DNA of 64,000 bases, taken from IMG/VR virus record IMGVR_UViG_3300037418_000950. One strand, 5' to 3'. Both the position numbers and the translations under genes were made by a program. Shown here piece after piece: positions 8,515 to 16,745 of the stretch. Source of the stretch: a virus. Its lineage: Duplodnaviria > Heunggongvirae > Uroviricota > Caudoviricetes. The notes under the pieces are model-generated. The model worked only from the letters and a program-made list of their open reading frames with translations, was not told the DNA's origin and searched no databases. Numbering within the stretch: the stretch's first letter is position 1; each line of letters opens with the position of its first letter.

Positions 8515-8997
8515 CTAATGTTCTGAATTTGAATTTCGATATTCGTATAATTGTCGGTCATAATCGATAAATACTACTTCGGGATGTTCTCGGCAGTATT
8601 TAGCGATTTCAGCGAACGACATTTGCTTGAGGTCATTGAGTTCGGTTAGAGACCCATATTTCTTGTCGTCAAACTGAATATAGCCACCAAACATGCCGTT
8701 GGGTTGACGAAGATTCAATGCTTTCTGGACAACAAACGGAAGCACGCTGACCAATACGTCGTCATAAACATCGACACGCGAACCGAACCCGACTATTGTG
8801 CTATTATCAGTGCTCTGAGTGTCAACCCGAGTGAGATTGAGTGGCTTCTCAAGAACCACACAGGCCCGTCCGAGACAGCAAAAGCTTTCAACACCATTCT
8901 TGCGATAGAGAACGCCAATCGCTTGCTTGGCATCCGTCGTTTCCAAGTCGCGAAGCCAAGCTTCCTGATGTTCGTTGAATTTGTACTTGAACCCCAT
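8515..8997 (-). CDS. hypothetical protein, distant member of the 'FCCLG' paralog family
   Basis: 160 aa; FCCLGRACVV block resembles FCCLGVACD of the tandem family at 23995-25720. Confidence 0.45.
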   Translation of the reverse strand: MGFKYKFNEHQEAWLRDLETTDAKQAIGVLYRKNGVESFCCLGRACVVLEKPLNLTRVDTQSTDNSTIVGFGSRVDVYDDVLVSVLPFVVQKALNLRQPNGMFGGYIQFDDKKYGSLTELNDLKQMSFAEIAKYCREHPEVVFIDYDRQLYEYRNSNSEH

Positions 8998-8998
8998 G

Positions 8999-9244
8999 TT
9001 ACCTCCAGGCTTTCATTTTCTTCATAGTGTGGTATTCGATTCGGTCGCGAATACGTTGGCCAGCCGTCGCGTCACTGTCCCGATACAATCGATAGGCGCG
9101 ATGATAATGCCGCTTCGACCGCTGCCCCTTCATCTGATGAACCCCGCATAAAACGCGAGTGCTATAGATGCATGGTTCAAATAGGACGCGCCGTACACTG
9201 GTACTCAAAAGACCAGGGATGCGGCAGTGGACGGAAATCATCAT
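8999..9244 (-). CDS. hypothetical protein
   Basis: 81 aa basic ORF. Confidence 0.3.
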   Translation of the reverse strand: MMISVHCRIPGLLSTSVRRVLFEPCIYSTRVLCGVHQMKGQRSKRHYHRAYRLYRDSDATAGQRIRDRIEYHTMKKMKAWR

Positions 9245-9423
9245 TTACGGGCAACCATCACGACATAGGCTTCGGTGCAAGCCTTCACGGCGTCGTCCGA
9301 ATAGCCCCGCGACATGGCTTCCTTGGTCACGGCCCAGACGTTCTGAAGCTCGGGTAGAGGTACAGAATGTCCCTTCAGAGCCGCCTTGGCGATCTGATCA
9401 ATCTTGTCAGTGTTGGGAGTCAT
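9241..9423 (-). CDS. hypothetical protein
   Basis: 60 aa ORF. Confidence 0.3.
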   Translation of the reverse strand: MTPNTDKIDQIAKAALKGHSVPLPELQNVWAVTKEAMSRGYSDDAVKACTEAYVVMVARK

Positions 9424-9476
9424 GTGAGTAAGTTCCCTCGGTTGAAGTCACATGATAACAAACTTTGAGTTACTTT

Positions 9477-9854
9477 TCAAGTAAATTGTAACTCGTACTC
9501 TTTGGCTACCCTATCGAAGCCAACATGCCACTGAGACACCCCGCAGTTATCGTGAATGTCTTGTAGCCGTCGCAAAAGATCATAAATTCTAGGACGTTTC
9601 ATATAGAGGTCCTGCCCTAGAGTATTCAGAATAACGTCTTTCACTAACATCCTGTGTTCAAATGCTGGTTTATATTTTTCGTCGGGAATAACTTGCCCTA
9701 TCGCGCATTTGAGGACCGTGCCATCGTTTTTGAAACGTCGATACAAACAAAGCCCGAAAGAATCCGCCGATCTTTCGTTCTGTTTCAACAATTCTTTGGT
9801 GATGAAGTCAAAGATAACTTGGGCAGTAGCTTCGTTGAGGTTAGGTGCTTTCAT
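9477..9854 (-). CDS. hypothetical protein (paralog A of tandem pair)
   Basis: 125 aa; shares the pattern IFDFI..L..Q.ERS...C.YR...C..G...PD..Y...FEL with the adjacent gene. Confidence 0.45.
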   Translation of the reverse strand: MKAPNLNEATAQVIFDFITKELLKQNERSADSFGLCLYRRFKNDGTVLKCAIGQVIPDEKYKPAFEHRMLVKDVILNTLGQDLYMKRPRIYDLLRRLQDIHDNCGVSQWHVGFDRVAKEYELQFT

Positions 9855-9857
9855 TTC

Positions 9858-10298
9858 TCATGGTCCTTTGTATTCAAGTTCGAACTTACTCGCGACGCGT
9901 CGCCAGTGTTCTTCCCAACAGTCTATGGCGACGGCATCGTGAACTTCCTGCATTTTTTTTAGTAGTCGCAGTTTGGCGTAGTGTTTTCGGTATATTTCAA
10001 AATCGTTCCCCAAGAAGCGCGGCGCAACGTTCGCCGCCAATACGCTTATTTTTTCTATGGATGGATTATAGTTTGCATCGGGAAGGCAGCACCCCGCGGC
10101 GCATCGGAGAATTTCGCCAGTCGGTTTTTCATACCGATAGCGACACTCAAAGAAGGGTTCCATTTTTCCGTCTATGTTGACCTTCTCTATCATGACGCCC
10201 GATCTTTCTCCTTGCGTTCGAAGAAAGCCGCAGATGTAATCGAAGATCGTTTGTAGATCGGCTTCGACTAGGTTTGGGGGATTATATTCTTGTCGCAT
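9858..10298 (-). CDS. hypothetical protein (paralog B of tandem pair)
   Basis: 146 aa; paralog of 9477..9854 (IFDYICGF...ERS...RYRY...CAAGCCLPD...FELEY). Confidence 0.45.
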   Translation of the reverse strand: MRQEYNPPNLVEADLQTIFDYICGFLRTQGERSGVMIEKVNIDGKMEPFFECRYRYEKPTGEILRCAAGCCLPDANYNPSIEKISVLAANVAPRFLGNDFEIYRKHYAKLRLLKKMQEVHDAVAIDCWEEHWRRVASKFELEYKGP

Positions 10299-10597
10299 TT
10301 GAGTCCATCCATTGACATTTGAGTGAAACGGTCGGCGGATATGGGGTCGTGTTGGATGTAATAGACAGCATGATCGAGCCGCTTGATTTCCGCCAGCATC
10401 AGGCGAATGTCGTCCGACGTGAACATGCTGATGCAGTCCTCATTCCTTGCGAGGGCTTCCCAGAGTTGCAACCGCGCGGCTGAGATTTGGCCAGCGGTCG
10501 ATTGGGCCTTTGCGTTGCATCCATCGGCTTGTGCAGTCATCACACATAATCTTTCCTTCAACGCGGTTTTCATTGCCGCGAACACCCCTACGGGCAC
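10268..10597 (-). CDS. hypothetical protein (start uncertain)
   Basis: 109 aa ORF overlapping 10440..10775 in another frame; likely true start at internal Met near 10426. Confidence 0.3.
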   Translation of the reverse strand: MPVGVFAAMKTALKERLCVMTAQADGCNAKAQSTAGQISAARLQLWEALARNEDCISMFTSDDIRLMLAEIKRLDHAVYYIQHDPISADRFTQMSMDGLKCDKNIIPQT

Positions 10598-10775
10598 AGG
10601 CGGGCATTTGGCACTTGTCGGGCAGCTTGTGCCAGAGCCATTCGAACAGGGTCATGGAATCACCAAAAAGCCCCACCACACGACGACAGCGAGTAGCAGG
10701 ATATCTAAGAAGGCTAGGTATTGGAGAACGGCGTGAGTCATCGGCGTTCCCTTTCCAACAAGAAGAAGATCGCAA
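10440..10775 (-). CDS. hypothetical Cys-rich protein (start uncertain)
   Basis: C..C...C..C pattern (CQMPACARRG...CDDCTSRW) suggests a zinc ribbon; overlaps 10268..10597. Confidence 0.3.
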   Translation of the reverse strand: MRSSSCWKGNADDSRRSPIPSLLRYPATRCRRVVGLFGDSMTLFEWLWHKLPDKCQMPACARRGVRGNENRVEGKIMCDDCTSRWMQRKGPIDRWPNLSRAVATLGSPRKE

Positions 10776-10923
10776 CGATAGGCCAGAATAATAGAGAGAA
10801 GATCGCCGTGTCGGGTTTATGGGGAGGGTCTAAAACGACAGCCAACACAAAGACGCCAATCGCCAGATAGACGACATAGAAGGCCATCAGCATCAGGATC
10901 GCAGATATCATCGCGGGAACCTC

Positions 10924-11005
10924 ATGGAGCCCTGGACAGGAATCGAACCTGCATACTCCGATTACGTCGTTGACGACCGCTTAGAAGGCGGGGACGATAC
11001 CAGGG
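10924..11005 (-). tRNA. tRNA-Arg(TCT)-like, non-canonical (no D-arm)
   Basis: Perfect acceptor GCCCTGG/CCAGGGC, discriminator T, encoded CCA, T-arm GCAGGTTCGATTCCTGT, anticodon hairpin CCGC-CTTCTAA-GCGG. Only 7 nt lie between acceptor and anticodon stem, and a 23-nt extra region with a CGTC-AAC-GACG hairpin precedes the T-arm. Confidence 0.45.
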
Positions 11006-11016
11006 CGTAGTCGTAT

Positions 11017-11262
11017 TTATTTCGGCACTAAGCCTACTTCACCTGTAAGTTTGTCGAACGTCACACGGTAGGTTTGCACATTATGCTGAACCCAACCTTG
11101 TTTTACCAACTTGGCTTCACGCAACCTTCGAAATTCATCCAATGAGACTTTCAACGGCGGCAGCACGTCGTCGGTGCGTTCGGTTGGAAACAGTTTGGCG
11201 ACTGGTACAGTCGCAAGTCCAACCCCGAGCCCGAACAGAGCCCGTCGCGTTACTTGTTCCAT
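11017..11262 (-). CDS. small Tat-signal secreted protein
   Basis: Start at internal Met giving MEQVTRRALFGLGVGLATVPVA (twin-arginine motif TRRALF plus hydrophobic core); ATGA overlap with the upstream gene stop. Confidence 0.5.
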   Translation of the reverse strand: MEQVTRRALFGLGVGLATVPVAKLFPTERTDDVLPPLKVSLDEFRRLREAKLVKQGWVQHNVQTYRVTFDKLTGEVGLVPK

Positions 11263-11918
11263 CACTTTTGATCCCACTCTATGGCTTTTTCCCAATTGGG
11301 TTTGCCCACGTCCCCCGAGGGCAGCGATTCGGCCTTTACAGGTTCGACGATGACTTCACAAATCATGTCCTTAGTCAAACGCTGATTTGCTCCACACTTC
11401 GGTAATTGTTGGCATGTGTTATTTTTGTCAAGGTATGTTCCGTCCCCGCAACGCACGGTCGGCGCGCTATTGGCAGGCGTTGAATTGTGGCTGAACATGT
11501 ACGACCAGAACCAGATATCCCACCAAGACGTTGAAGGGGCTTGGTAAACTGGCGCGTGATAGTAATAGTCGTTATATTGATAACCAGGGGTTGTAGTATA
11601 CAGCGGACGCACGCGATAAAGTGGAGCCGTCTGAACGCGGGGGGCAGGCTGAACCGCTGGCGAGGGTTGGACCCTTGGGGTAGGCTGGATTCGCGGCCTT
11701 GGAGCAATTGTGGGGCTTGGGGATGCCTTGGGCATCGGACGGACCCGTAGCGAACTTCCGAACGACGACGATGGACGGGAAAAGGATGTTGACGGTCGAG
11801 AAAAAGAACGGGAACTGAATGAGCCGAAAGACCTTGCCGCCGCGTGGGCGTCGGAATACCAGAGCCCGAGGCAGCAAACCGACACAAAGACGGCCAGTGA
11901 AAAATTCAGAAGTTTCAT
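11262..11918 (-). CDS. secreted Ser/Pro-rich repeat protein
   Basis: 218 aa; Sec signal peptide MKLLNFSLAVFVSVCCLGLWYSDAHA, Ser-rich SFSRPS repeats, Pro repeats PRPRIQPTPRVQPSPAVQPAPRVQ, C-terminal 4-Cys domain. Confidence 0.55.
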   Translation of the reverse strand: MKLLNFSLAVFVSVCCLGLWYSDAHAAARSFGSFSSRSFSRPSTSFSRPSSSFGSSLRVRPMPKASPSPTIAPRPRIQPTPRVQPSPAVQPAPRVQTAPLYRVRPLYTTTPGYQYNDYYYHAPVYQAPSTSWWDIWFWSYMFSHNSTPANSAPTVRCGDGTYLDKNNTCQQLPKCGANQRLTKDMICEVIVEPVKAESLPSGDVGKPNWEKAIEWDQK

Positions 11919-12028
11919 GGTGTATGTCCCCCATTACATGCTGTAGAAGGTGGCCCTCTGTACGAGACTCGAACTCGTTTCGCGGCATGGACAGTGCCAT
12001 ATAATAACCCATATAAGAACAGAGGATT

Positions 12029-12250
12029 TTAGCGGTGTGTATCGCGATCCGTTGCAAGGTAGCGCTTCAGTGACTTGTCGTAGGTCATCGCGCTCGGAAA
12101 CTTCTCCTGATAGAGACGCAAATCAGCCGACGCTTGCGGTCTACTGATGCTGAACTTCTTCATCAAGTGTTCCCTATTTATGAACCCGAAAATGGATAGA
12201 GTTTCGGTAATCCAGTCCATGCGCGCCTTCTGGAACCAAGTGTCTTTCAT
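12029..12250 (-). CDS. hypothetical protein
   Basis: 73 aa ORF. Confidence 0.4.
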   Translation of the reverse strand: MKDTWFQKARMDWITETLSIFGFINREHLMKKFSISRPQASADLRLYQEKFPSAMTYDKSLKRYLATDRDTHR

Positions 12251-12516
12251 TGATCAATCTCAACCATGAAGTCTTCTTTGAAGACGGAAGCCCCGTATAC
12301 TTTGGCAATGAAGCGATAGGCTTCGAAGGCGAAGTCACGCATCACACTTGGCAGGTGAATAAATGACATTGCTCCAATGAAGTTTCTGGCCGTTTCACGT
12401 AATAGGCAATCACCAATCTTGCCGTCGCGTTCAAGTTGTTCCCAATCGAGAATCAGTTGCCGAATGTCACCCAGCGGCATCACTTGAACCATGTCACGAA
12501 TGTTACTCATGGGCAT
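12247..12516 (-). CDS. hypothetical protein
   Basis: 89 aa ORF, 4-nt overlaps with both neighbours. Confidence 0.4.
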   Translation of the reverse strand: MPMSNIRDMVQVMPLGDIRQLILDWEQLERDGKIGDCLLRETARNFIGAMSFIHLPSVMRDFAFEAYRFIAKVYGASVFKEDFMVEIDQ

Positions 12517-12730
12517 CCCTCATTGTCGCTAGTGCGCGCATAAAGTGATTGAAGGCTTCCACATCCACCTTTTCGTGCGGTAGCGGATAGTAGTTGGCGA
12601 AGATGGAAATGACTTTCTCGATTTCCTCTTTTTCCATCAACCCAAGCGTCGCTAGGACCGAGCCGAGAGATTCAGCAAGGTACACGCATCGCCGTTCGCT
12701 TGTAGTCAGACGGCTGTTCAAGTCGTTCAT
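12503..12730 (-). CDS. hypothetical protein
   Basis: 75 aa ORF immediately downstream of tRNA-Met. Confidence 0.4.
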   Translation of the reverse strand: MNDLNSRLTTSERRCVYLAESLGSVLATLGLMEKEEIEKVISIFANYYPLPHEKVDVEAFNHFMRALATMRDAHE

Positions 12731-12737
12731 GGTGTAA

Positions 12738-12813
12738 TGGTATCGATAGTTGGGATCGAACCAACCTTTGAGGGCTTATGAGACCCTTGCGACTACCCTG
12801 CCGCCCTACCGAC
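12738..12813 (-). tRNA. tRNA-Met (anticodon CAT; initiator/elongator/Ile-lysidine not distinguished)
   Basis: Acceptor GTCGGTA/TATCGAT, D-arm GCGG-CAGGGTAG-TCGC, anticodon arm AGGGT-CTCATAA-GCCCT, T-arm GTTGGTTCGATCCCAAC, discriminator A plus CCA. Confidence 0.7.
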
Positions 12814-12824
12814 ACATATCTCCT

Positions 12825-13172
12825 TTAATCGTCATCCCGAAGAAGATGACCGCGGCCTGCATCAATCATATCTTGCCGATAGTCGATTTTTTCGTCACGG
12901 TGTTTTTCGTACAACCAGTCCGAATAATGACCATCGGTTTCGTCATCAAGTGCCGCGGTCCTTGTTGGGAACGGCCCATGCGTGACGCCTTCCTTGTCTT
13001 CATAGAACCAACCCGAGGCGGGTTCGGCGCATGTCATCTCGGGCGGCTTGACATAATATGGCATGGGTCTATCCTTAGAACAAATGATCCACTCGATTGA
13101 ACCAGGAACGGCCCGCCCAGAACGTATAGTCTTCGTAGACGACGTTCGGGTCGAATAGCACCTGTTCGCCAA
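12825..13172 (-). CDS. hypothetical protein
   Basis: 115 aa ORF. Confidence 0.4.
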   Translation of the reverse strand: MANRCYSTRTSSTKTIRSGRAVPGSIEWIICSKDRPMPYYVKPPEMTCAEPASGWFYEDKEGVTHGPFPTRTAALDDETDGHYSDWLYEKHRDEKIDYRQDMIDAGRGHLLRDDD

Positions 13173-13692
13173 ACTGGAACGGCTTCGACGGCTTGCCTTT
13201 CAGAAGCGAATGAAATTCGCCAGCCCTATTTGGGTGCCACTCGCCAACATCAACGGACTTGTCTTTCCCAGGGAAGGGGGAGTCGTTGGTGCCGTGCAGT
13301 TGCGCCGTCTTCTGTTCGTGTGACTTGTGCAGGATGGAGTCCTGCCCATACTTCTTACCGAGATTCTTCAGGGTGCCCAGAAGATGGCCGTTGTCGTGGC
13401 CTTCCTTACCGATCACCAGCAAGGATTTTTCCTTAACGTGGCGTTCGTTTGGTTCACCCTTGTTTTCGGTATAGGCCCCGCTAACACGGACATAGCCCAG
13501 GTTGGACTTCCGAAGATCGTCCTTCAATTGGGCATGACGGTGATTGTTTTCGGCAGGGCTCAGGTCGCCCCGCGCCGCCGAAATGAGGCCGATGTTGCGA
13601 TTTTGGGTGTGGTTGAGCAATCGCGAGAACGACTGTTCAAGGAGGTATTTTGAGAACTCTGCCATTTTACTTCTTTTTAAGTGCGTTGTCAA
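13075..13692 (-). CDS. hypothetical protein (probable start MAEFSKY near 13665)
   Basis: 205 aa ORF, His/Lys-rich, no recognised motif. Confidence 0.45.
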   Translation of the reverse strand: MTTHLKRSKMAEFSKYLLEQSFSRLLNHTQNRNIGLISAARGDLSPAENNHRHAQLKDDLRKSNLGYVRVSGAYTENKGEPNERHVKEKSLLVIGKEGHDNGHLLGTLKNLGKKYGQDSILHKSHEQKTAQLHGTNDSPFPGKDKSVDVGEWHPNRAGEFHSLLKGKPSKPFQFGEQVLFDPNVVYEDYTFWAGRSWFNRVDHLF

Positions 13693-13981
13693 CAGTGTTG
13701 ATCAACATGGGTCCATAGACTGTGAGGATCGGGTTATTTTCAAACGAGAATTGAGACATGCCTTTGCCGACAGCATCGGCATAGACAAGTCTCAATTGTT
13801 TCAGCTTGGCGGAAGTCCAGTGAATTACGGCCATTTGTCTCCCTTAGACGGTTTGGTGATAAAGCGATAAGCGAAGCGAAGGAATTTCAACCATGCCCAG
13901 ATGATGAAGGCCAGAATGCCAAGCATCAGAGGGATTGAAATCCAAATCCACATCATCAATGTGTCTTCGCTAATCATCTAT

Positions 13982-14194
13982 TTATCTCCACTGTCCGTCA
14001 CGCCAAGTGTAGCCCCACTCGGCCATTGTTAGATCGGATGGATCATTGCACTTGCACGTGCCGTCGTCCCGATAGTGATCAGCATCATAGACATGGTGCG
14101 GGCAAGCCTGGATATCGGATTGCTTGATCGAACGGATAGGCACCACTTTCATGTTGCCGTGTTCGTCGAATTCAATTTTCGAAAACTGCACCAT
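13982..14194 (-). CDS. hypothetical protein
   Basis: 70 aa, Cys/His-containing (CPHHVYDADHYRDDGTCKC). Confidence 0.4.
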   Translation of the reverse strand: MVQFSKIEFDEHGNMKVVPIRSIKQSDIQACPHHVYDADHYRDDGTCKCNDPSDLTMAEWGYTWRDGQWR

Positions 14195-14195
14195 G

Positions 14196-14447
14196 TTACA
14201 CCTCTATGAAATCGAAGTAGTAGCGCGGGGAATGTTGAAACAAGAGAGAGCCCTTCTTGCCATCGGACTTGCGCACGACGGATACGAAGGGAGCCGCGAA
14301 CCCGATAACTTCAAAGTGTTCCCCAAGCTCAGTCGTATCGAACACATTGCCTTTACCGTGGTTCGTTTCAAGTTCCGCCCGCGTCTGCGGCACGGAATTG
14401 ACTCCCATTGCCAGTAACTTTCTTAACTCAGGATTGTCTGCCATCAC
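14196..14447 (-). CDS. hypothetical protein
   Basis: 83 aa ORF. Confidence 0.4.
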   Translation of the reverse strand: MMADNPELRKLLAMGVNSVPQTRAELETNHGKGNVFDTTELGEHFEVIGFAAPFVSVVRKSDGKKGSLLFQHSPRYYFDFIEV

Positions 14448-14662
14448 ATGATCCTTTCAGCCTCGGGCGGCGGGTCTTCTAACAGTAACTCAACGTGCTC
14501 GGACCATAGTCCTAACAGTTCCTTGATGACTTCTAATTTGTCAGGCGGAATACCTTCTTTGATGACGATAGCCATCATCGATGAACCGTCGTCATCAAAA
14601 AGTTCATGGGTTTTGTACCCATTTATATCCTGACCAAAAACTTGGGTATAGTCGCGTGACAT
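14444..14662 (-). CDS. hypothetical protein
   Basis: 72 aa acidic ORF, 4-nt overlap. Confidence 0.4.
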   Translation of the reverse strand: MSRDYTQVFGQDINGYKTHELFDDDGSSMMAIVIKEGIPPDKLEVIKELLGLWSEHVELLLEDPPPEAERIM

Positions 14663-14842
14663 TCCATCCTCCTTAAAAAACGTCGGTCAATATAGAGTGG
14701 TCTATCGTCTAACGTGCCGACCGTCACTCCCACCACCAGACTAGCCTTATCCCGAGCGAAGCGGACGATGTTTTACCCCAACACGGTCGGGCATCGCGCC
14801 TTATTTCTTTCACGCTATTTTTGGGGCAGCCTGCTATATTGA

Positions 14843-15025
14843 TTAGCCTTGTTCCTTCTCCACCACAGCAACACTGTCAGCAAGACCGTTGGCGATTGCA
14901 AACCGTCCTTTCTCAGTTTGCCAAATAGGGTCAGTCAACGTGAAACCAGTTTTCGTAGATTCACGCACCAACAGTTCGACCGCCAGCGCCATTTTCAACA
15001 GTAACTCACGTTCAGCGTTTGTCAT
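14843..15025 (-). CDS. hypothetical protein
   Basis: 60 aa ORF. Confidence 0.3.
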   Translation of the reverse strand: MTNAERELLLKMALAVELLVRESTKTGFTLTDPIWQTEKGRFAIANGLADSVAVVEKEQG

Positions 15026-15190
15026 TTACAATGCCTGTTCACCATTTATGCCATCTTCCGTCAGGAAGCTTAATCGCGAAGGATGCTTCTCCTTTGTGAG
15101 ATAAGATATATTTCAGTGCTTCTTCGAGCGTTTCCGTCTCATGAATTTTTATTCCTCCTTGCCCTTGGGTCGCCCAAATTTCGTACATGG

Positions 15191-15661
15191 TTACAATGCC
15201 TGTTCATGCGGTTTGCCATCGCCATAAGCATATGTCTTCGGGAACGAAAACATCAACCTAATGGCCGCTTCAAATTCTAAGTCTAACACCACGGCGGAAG
15301 CCTTGGTGTGGTTGCGAATATGGGCTTCGCCCCGATGATTGCCATCCAAAATATACCCGTCGCGACTGACCAGTATGGGCTTGGCCAGTTGTTCAGCGGA
15401 CATGTGGATGACCTTATTCCAAGAGACCCGCTGGTGAAAGTGGAGGTTCTTGGGGTCTAGGCTCGTCAGTTGGTATGACCATCCCTGTGCCGTCACGAAG
15501 TCGAAAAACTCAGGATAATCCGCTTCGTCAATCTGCGGCATGGCAGGACGGGGGACATAGAAGGGTAGGAACTCACCGCCCTTGTAATGTTTGCCGTCGA
15601 GCCCGATTTCCCCGCCCGTGTGCGCGCGGGGGTCAAGGGGATGGTCATACCAATCGTACAT
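15191..15661 (-). CDS. ParB-like nuclease (ParB-N/Srx) domain protein
   Basis: 156 aa; GYILDGNHRGEAH matches the ParB N-terminal/sulfiredoxin-fold catalytic motif. Confidence 0.5.
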   Translation of the reverse strand: MYDWYDHPLDPRAHTGGEIGLDGKHYKGGEFLPFYVPRPAMPQIDEADYPEFFDFVTAQGWSYQLTSLDPKNLHFHQRVSWNKVIHMSAEQLAKPILVSRDGYILDGNHRGEAHIRNHTKASAVVLDLEFEAAIRLMFSFPKTYAYGDGKPHEQAL

Positions 15662-15804
15662 GTTCAGTTGCCTTCCTTCTTCACGCTAGGAATGGGGGTT
15701 CCAAGCCCCCATGCCGAGGTAATTGCCTGCCCAGCGAGTGCATAGGGCGCGAACAGAGTCAGCCAAAAGCTGAACATGATAGTCTCCTTTCTTTACCCGT
15801 CTAG

Positions 15805-16191
15805 TTAGGCGGCCTTCGCCGCGTTGCGTTGATTCCAGAGTTTAGCTAAGAGGTCGTCACGAGATTCGCAAGGCTCGCACACAAGCTGGACGAGAATTTC
15901 CTTGAAGTTCGGTCCCCAAATCTTTCTGGCCACGTCATGGTCAAAGATCAGAGTGTCGGCAGACGGAATCTCCTCAACCACTTCGAAGCTATAGGCGCGA
16001 CCATCGGTATCGACGCGCTTTTCCTCAGCCACGTAGGTCAAGTGGTGAGCCACGATCACGTCGGTGACGCCGTAGGCTTCGCGGATGATCGCCTTGAACA
16101 CTTCACGGCTTTGGGCGTTGCGGTCGTTCTCATACGAACCTTCAAGTTTCAGGCCATTCGGAGAAAAGTCTTTGTCCTGGATATGTGTCAT
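15805..16191 (-). CDS. hypothetical protein
   Basis: 128 aa ORF. Confidence 0.45.
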   Translation of the reverse strand: MTHIQDKDFSPNGLKLEGSYENDRNAQSREVFKAIIREAYGVTDVIVAHHLTYVAEEKRVDTDGRAYSFEVVEEIPSADTLIFDHDVARKIWGPNFKEILVQLVCEPCESRDDLLAKLWNQRNAAKAA

Positions 16192-16292
16192 TGGGTGAGT
16201 TCCCTTAGATGTGTCTAATTTCGATACCCATTAACTTAGTATACCCAAAACTTTTGTCAAGGAAAAATTGGCAAAAATAAAAGCCTCTGAAA

Positions 16293-16745
16293 TCAGAGGC
16301 TTATGGACTTTCTCCAGCGCATGTAACGGACGTATAGACCAACTTCGCGACCAAAGGCGTCTATCTCCCATGGGTAATCAAAGTAGTCCATCTTATCCAG
16401 AACCACTTCTTCACGTTTCCAGCGGGGCAGGGAGCGCAAAGTTTCGTCGGTCAAGTCCCCCACAATGAACTGTTTCATATGGGTCATTTCATGGGCCAGC
16501 GACTTCAAGGTCTCGCGCGTCTTGAACTTGTTGGATAGGGTGATCAGAAACTCTTTCGGTTTAACTGGACGATCCAACCATTCAATATACCCTTTGTCGT
16601 AACCCGTGTCGGCTAACTTGATCTTGAGTGTAACATGCTTTGATTGGCGTTCAGTAAGTAATAGCTTAGTATAAAATTTGGCAGCGTCTCGTAGTTCTTG
16701 TGTTGGAACTTTAGGTTGCCCTGGATTCCTTATTATTATCTTCAT
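16293..16745 (-). CDS. HExxH motif protein (putative metallopeptidase-like domain)
   Basis: 150 aa; LAHEMTHMKQ ... DYFDYPWEIDAFGREVG; shares HExxH...PWEIDA with 28961..29998. Confidence 0.45.
   Translation of the reverse strand: MKIIIRNPGQPKVPTQELRDAAKFYTKLLLTERQSKHVTLKIKLADTGYDKGYIEWLDRPVKPKEFLITLSNKFKTRETLKSLAHEMTHMKQFIVGDLTDETLRSLPRWKREEVVLDKMDYFDYPWEIDAFGREVGLYVRYMRWRKSISL

Noticed and set aside
3708-11005. Idea that the truncated tRNA-like sequences are prophage att-site remnants
   Set aside because: There is no integrase, excisionase or repressor module, and the gene content is that of a lytic phage replication/nucleotide region. The elements have their own promoters or CCA ends, which fits expressed RNAs better than att scars. 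Not fully excluded.
11375-12057. Alternative-frame ORFs 11375..11887 and 11572..12057 over the Pro/Ser-repeat gene
   Set aside because: The Pro-rich repeat DNA is open in several frames. The frame with the signal peptide and Cys-rich C-terminal domain (11262..11918) is the coherent one.
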